Assembly (NCBI GenBank): GCA_965178125.1
Contig: OZ237767.1
Span: 496,001 to 560,000, forward strand
Length of the DNA stretch: 64,000 nucleotides
Origin: Bilabrum cf. latius
Lineage: Eukaryota
Direction of reading: 5' to 3'
In this document: in pieces, positions 59,801-64,000 of the stretch
Numbering within the stretch: the stretch's first letter is position 1
Layout of the letters: each line of letters starts with the position of its first letter
The notes under the pieces: model-generated
What the model saw: only the letters and a program-made list of their open reading frames with translations
What the model was told of the DNA's origin: nothing
Databases searched by the model: none
Program-made: the position numbers and the translations under genes

Positions 59801-62574
59801 ATCACTGTGATGGTGAAGCTCTGCTGGTTGACGTAGTCGATGAGCGCGTTGGCTACCTTGATCTGCCCGTCGCACACCCCGATGCGGAAGACGGGCAGGA
59901 AGTCGCCGTTGGCGTCCTTGGTTGACCCGTCGTTGTTCCCGTCCGGCTTGATGTACCACAGGATGGCCTGATCCTCGCTTGCCGTGGTGCCCTGGATGGG
60001 AACTCCCACGAAGGTGCCCGGCTTGGACCGCTCCTCCACCTCGAAGGGGCTGGTCAGGGGGGGCAGTGTCGGGGGCGCTGGTCTGCACTCGAGGGCGTTC
60101 GACTCAAAATCGCCCTGGGCATCGCAAGTTCGAGTGGCCGACGTGTTGGCTGCAATCACGTATCCAGTTTCGCATTGGAACTCGCACTTCTCCCCCGTGT
60201 ACATCTGGTCGCACTAAGTGTCCGACTGGCAACTAGTCGACACCTCGAAGTCGTCAATCTCCACGCCGTCCCCAGATGCGCCAATGCCCTGCATGCCGTA
60301 CGTGTCGTAGTATGTGGACGTGAACTTGAACACCTCGGTGCCGCCGCAATACACTTTGATGCCGGTCGTGCTCTGCACGACCTTGATGTGCTGCGGCTCG
60401 GAGGAGCTGTCCGTGGGGATGCTGCAGTCCGCCTTGAAGTTGCCCCGCGAGACGTCGGTGTACCCATATGCGCCGTCCACGTACCCGTAGGCCCGCTCGG
60501 TGAATGTGTGTGCCCTTTTCTCTCCGCCCACCAGCTCCACAGAGTACCCGTTGTACTCGCCCGTGTCACGCCTCAGGTAGATGGCTGCCTTGGATCCGTC
60601 GGGGATGATGAATTTGGCCTCCACGGTCAGCTCGCGGTCCGTGGCATGCCTGTAGGTGTGCTTGCTGCCGTGAGCCACAAGCTTGTTCCAGGCGACCGCC
60701 GTGGAGCCGGAGCCACCAGAGGGGCAGGGGACTGAATCGTCGTCGTCATCGCTGGGCTCGTTGTGCTCCAGGCGTCCGTTGCTGTTGATGCTCCACCACT
60801 TGAAGGCGGTCTCCAGCGCGACCTGGTCCGGCTTGAAGGGCACGAGGTAGGGGTACCACGCGGGCCCGTCCATGCTCTCGGACTCGCTGCTGTCAAATTC
60901 GAGCTGGGTGTGGAGGCGGCGGCACGACTTGGAGTTCTCGGGCATGCCCAGCGAGCTGCACTGCGAGCCGCACTGGGGCACTCCGTTCGACCACCCGCCG
61001 CCCCTCGCATACGTGTAGAAGCCAAAAGCCGAGTCATACGTCAAGTAGTACCCGCGAACAATCTTGAGCCCAGAGCCACAGTATGCGTAGCAGCTGCCCC
61101 CTGAGATCGGATCGTCATACTTGCTGGTGGTGCTGTTCATCGCGCCGCAACCAGACCGGCTGAGTCCATCAATGTACCCGTCGAGCCAGCTCTCTGGGGC
61201 CAGCGCCCGCAAGGCAGGCACCTTGCTGGGGAGGTATTTCTTCTGGAGGTAACCGCTGATGCGCTTGATCGTGGCCATTGACATGGGGCTAGAGGTGGGG
61301 GCCGTGTAGATGAGGTACTCGCCCATCCGACCCGGCATCATGCCGCCACCGTAAGAGTACACCGTGTACTGCACTTAAAAGAGTAGGACTGGATGGCCCG
61401 ATTAGCACGGTGCAGACAGGAGTCTCGTGCATGGTATCAAGTCGGTCAGCGCGGATATAACTCACGTAGTAAATGCCGTAGTAATTGTAGTACTAGTAGT
61501 ACTTGCCCATGAACTTGCCCGTGCGAAGACGGTTGGCTGCGATGGGAGATTTCAGATACGACGGGTAGCTCTCCTTTGGGCACTAATGGCACAGACGCTG
61601 TTTCTTTTATTCCGTCGCACGCAATATGCACTTCTTACTTGAGTGGTATCGCATGCTGCCAAACGCGCTCAGGCTCGAGTAAGCGCTGCTAATGCCCTGG
61701 AAGGTCTGCTGGTTGCGAGTAGCGTCACCCGTGGCATCCCCAAAGTCGCCGTTCAGGCCTACGTGGAACTTGTGCTAGCTGCCGATCTTCTCGGTCCATC
61801 CCACCATGACCTGGATATCGGAAGCAGTCCAACCGCCGTAAAGGTAGCGACTCGCCGGAAAGGGTGCCCGGATGGATGCCTGGGCCTGCTCGGTGGAGCT
61901 GGCATAGTAGTCCGTCCGACCGGCGAAGCCGAATATTGCGTTCGTGTAGATGTAGTAGTAGTATTCACTGGTGCCGGACCAGCCAAAATTCCAACCACGG
62001 CCAGCCTGGTAGCCGTAGTAGTAGTAGTACTGCGAGCTTCCGAACATTTGGCCTGCGTTGTGAAGTGGGTGATATGGTGCGTACGTGGTGTGCTGGCGCA
62101 CTGAATGTTTGGACTGAAGCAAAGCCTGTGGTCGATTTGCTCACCTTTGCTCAAGACTCCCCATTCGTAGTTAGACGAGGGGTACCTGGTCCCGTATCCC
62201 ACAGCAAAGATGTAGCGATTGTACCCGCTGTTCATGTCGAGCTTGTTGATCTCGGACTGCTCTGCGCTCGACGGAATGTACTCCAGAATCGCATCACTAT
62301 TTGCCCCACCAAAGCAACCAAAGGAATTCCTGTACTGGTATGGTGCCATGTATGTGTACGTGTAGTAGGGGATGCGATACTGCGTCCATGAACCTGAAGT
62401 CAGCTCGGCCTTGTCTGAGTTCTTGATCGTCGTGATCCTGCGGCTCGATGTGCTCGTGTACTGGCTGAAATCGAGATGAATCTGCAAATCCACTCCAGTT
62501 CCAAGGTTGTCAGACAGCGGATCATCAGCTGCTTGGGCAGATATAGACCCGAGCAGTAGAGCCAAGGCCAACAT
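50857..62574 (-). CDS. ~3800-aa cadherin/IPT multi-pass membrane protein, copy B (inverted duplicate of copy A)
   Basis: Near-identical translation. Over the long exon, coordinates mirror copy A with a sum of 100965. TAG at 61775, 61493, 60214, 58315, 57940, 56734, 52606 and 51043. Ends TGA 50857. Confidence 0.88.
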
Positions 62575-63074
62575 GCTGCGACGCGCAACACTTGGGGAAA
62601 ACTGGAGATAGCTGTGTGGATGCCATCGGTTCATACATTACGAGGAGTATATAAATATTCCTTACACACAAACGATAGTAGAAGGCTGGGCTGCGGCCGA
62701 CAAGACGCGCAGACTGATACTCGTTCGAGACAGCGCTCGACTCGTCGCTCCTGCCAAAGTGGCACCGACTCGGAGTCCGTGACAAACATTGCCGACATCA
62801 TGAACACGCTGGCCGTGGTCTGGCTCTCAGCCAGGCTGATCTCTCTAGCTTGTTGTTTATTGCTCCAGAAAGGACGCATATACTTGTGGCTGACGCTTTG
62901 ATGCAAGCGCAAATTGTCGCGCTGAGAAGCACTGGAGCGACAATGCGAGAAACATTTCGGGTGGCTCCTGTTTCTATGCATCACTGTGACTGGGCAGATT
63001 TGCAGTTTACATACTTTCCGTGAAAAGCTCCATGTTGTGTTCCAAACCGGTCAGCAGAACGCCGAATGACCATT

Positions 63075-64000
63075 TCAGTGTCGCTTGGCCGCCCTCTGCG
63101 CGGCAGTGCTACTCTTCAACGTCACAACCCGGTTGAAAACCGGCTTCTCCGGCTTGCTGTCGCGATCCTGCACAAAAAATCCAAGCCGCTCGAACTGATA
63201 CCTGGCGTATTCTCCCGGCTGCGCGGCAGATGGCTCCACCAGGCCCTGGCAGACCTCTTCGGAGCCCTCGTCAAGGTCGTCCAGCCAATTGCCCGTCTGC
63301 TTGCCGGGCTCGAACACGTCAAACAGAGGCCGGTACAAACGGATCTCCGCCCACATGGGCCGGGACCTCACAGGCCCAGCCGATGCACCCCCCGTCGCGG
63401 CCCCCGCGGCCCCCAGCGCGGCGGCCCCCACTTCCACCTCCGCCTTGTCGTTGTCCGGGTCCCCCACCCAGTGCAGGTTCCCCTTGGGCTTCACGTCCCT
63501 GTCGCCCAGGTAGGTGCACCTGATCTCCTCCACGTCCTCCACGCTGGAGGAGGGCACGCCCCCCTTGAAGACAACGTCCTCGCAGGTCACCAGCCCGCCG
63601 TACCGCAGGCCCACCTTCTTGCCGCCGGGCACGAGACCGAAGAAGCTCTTGTGGTCCTCGAGCCGGAAATCGGCCCGCTCGATGTACATGACCCGGGTCA
63701 GGGGGATGGTCCTGCTGCCTGCCTCCGGGGCGGCAGGGAACAGCGGTGCCTTGAGCAGGATGGGCGCCTCTTGCGGTACGTTGGACAGCACCACGCGGAG
63801 CGGCTTGGTCACTGCGAAGGCCCGGGGGGCGGCCTCGTTGAGCTCTGCCCTCGCCTGTGCCTCCAAACGGTCCAACCGAATTAGGTTCTGCTGGCGGGTG
63901 ACTCCGACCCCCTTGCAGAAGTCGTTGATGATCGTGGGGGTGTAGCCCCTCCTCCTGAGCCCGTTGATGGTGAACAGCCTAGGGTCGTCCCACCCCCTCA
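63075..64000 (-). CDS. QARS: Glutaminyl-tRNA synthetase, 3' part (end of catalytic domain plus anticodon-binding domains)
   Basis: GWDDPRLFTINGLRRRGYTP, PRAFAV, YIERADFR, VGLRYG, KPKGNLHWV, AEIRLYRPLF, YQFERLGFF, VFNRVVTLK. Ends TGA. Confidence 0.95.
   Translation of the reverse strand, partial: RGWDDPRLFTINGLRRRGYTPTIINDFCKGVGVTRQQNLIRLDRLEAQARAELNEAAPRAFAVTKPLRVVLSNVPQEAPILLKAPLFPAAPEAGSRTIPLTRVMYIERADFRLEDHKSFFGLVPGGKKVGLRYGGLVTCEDVVFKGGVPSSSVEDVEEIRCTYLGDRDVKPKGNLHWVGDPDNDKAEVEVGAAALGAAGAATGGASAGPVRSRPMWAEIRLYRPLFDVFEPGKQTGNWLDDLDEGSEEVCQGLVEPSAAQPGEYARYQFERLGFFVQDRDSKPEKPVFNRVVTLKSSTAAQRAAKRH

Larger units (their letters stand above)
37938..62944. repeat. Large inverted repeat: arms ~37938-50279 and ~50686-62944 (~12.3 kb each), unique spacer ~400 bp
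   Basis: Inner edges ...ccgcggcatgcagatctgg / ccagacctgcatgccgcgg. Outer edges cagcgcgacaatttgcg and its reverse complement. The ORF track is mirrored between the arms. Confidence 0.95.

Noticed and set aside
1-62574. A region of pseudogenes with nonsense mutations
   Set aside because: Every interruption is TAG, with no TGA, TAA or frameshifts. Normally conserved genes (MED31, PIG-U) are affected, and seven TAGs are shared by both palindrome arms.
37938-62944. RIP-like or deamination damage (CAG->TAG) in duplicated DNA
   Set aside because: This should also create TAA from CAA and many missense changes. TAG density is higher in unduplicated genes than in the duplicates.
37938-62944. Terminal inverted repeats of a transposon, Polinton or endogenous virophage
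   Set aside because: The arms consist of a cellular-type intron-containing gene, and the ~400-bp spacer encodes no transposase, integrase or capsid.
1-64000. Suppressor tRNA(CUA) or other RNA gene in this window
   Set aside because: I could not recognise a cloverleaf or rRNA-like sequence by eye in the intergenic regions. A tRNAscan-SE/Infernal run is needed to exclude one.

Overview
GC-rich, gene-dense, intron-poor eukaryotic nuclear DNA with GT-AG introns clustered at gene 5' ends. The gene style resembles Cafeteria-like heterotrophic stramenopiles, which is an inference only. The main result is that the supplied ORF track is misleading because this genome appears to use a non-standard nuclear code in which TAG is a sense codon, most likely Gln. 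Reading by hand I counted 74 in-frame TAGs in 11 genes and no in-frame TAA or TGA over roughly 18,000-19,000 codons. All 15 gene ends I could map use TGA. One TAG aligns to CAG in a near-identical duplicate. With TAG read through, the fragments join into about 16 genes: a coiled-coil protein (partial), a YccV/hemimethylated-DNA-binding-domain protein, MED31, a methyltransferase-like fragment, a ~3300-aa and a ~2070-aa low-complexity protein, PIG-U, a PAP2 phosphatase, a KCR-type reductase, two long-chain acyl-CoA synthetases, a bacterial-like alpha/beta hydrolase, a Nudix CoA diphosphatase ending in -ARL, two copies of a ~3800-aa cadherin/IPT multi-pass membrane protein forming a ~25-kb palindrome, and the 3' part of glutaminyl-tRNA synthetase.
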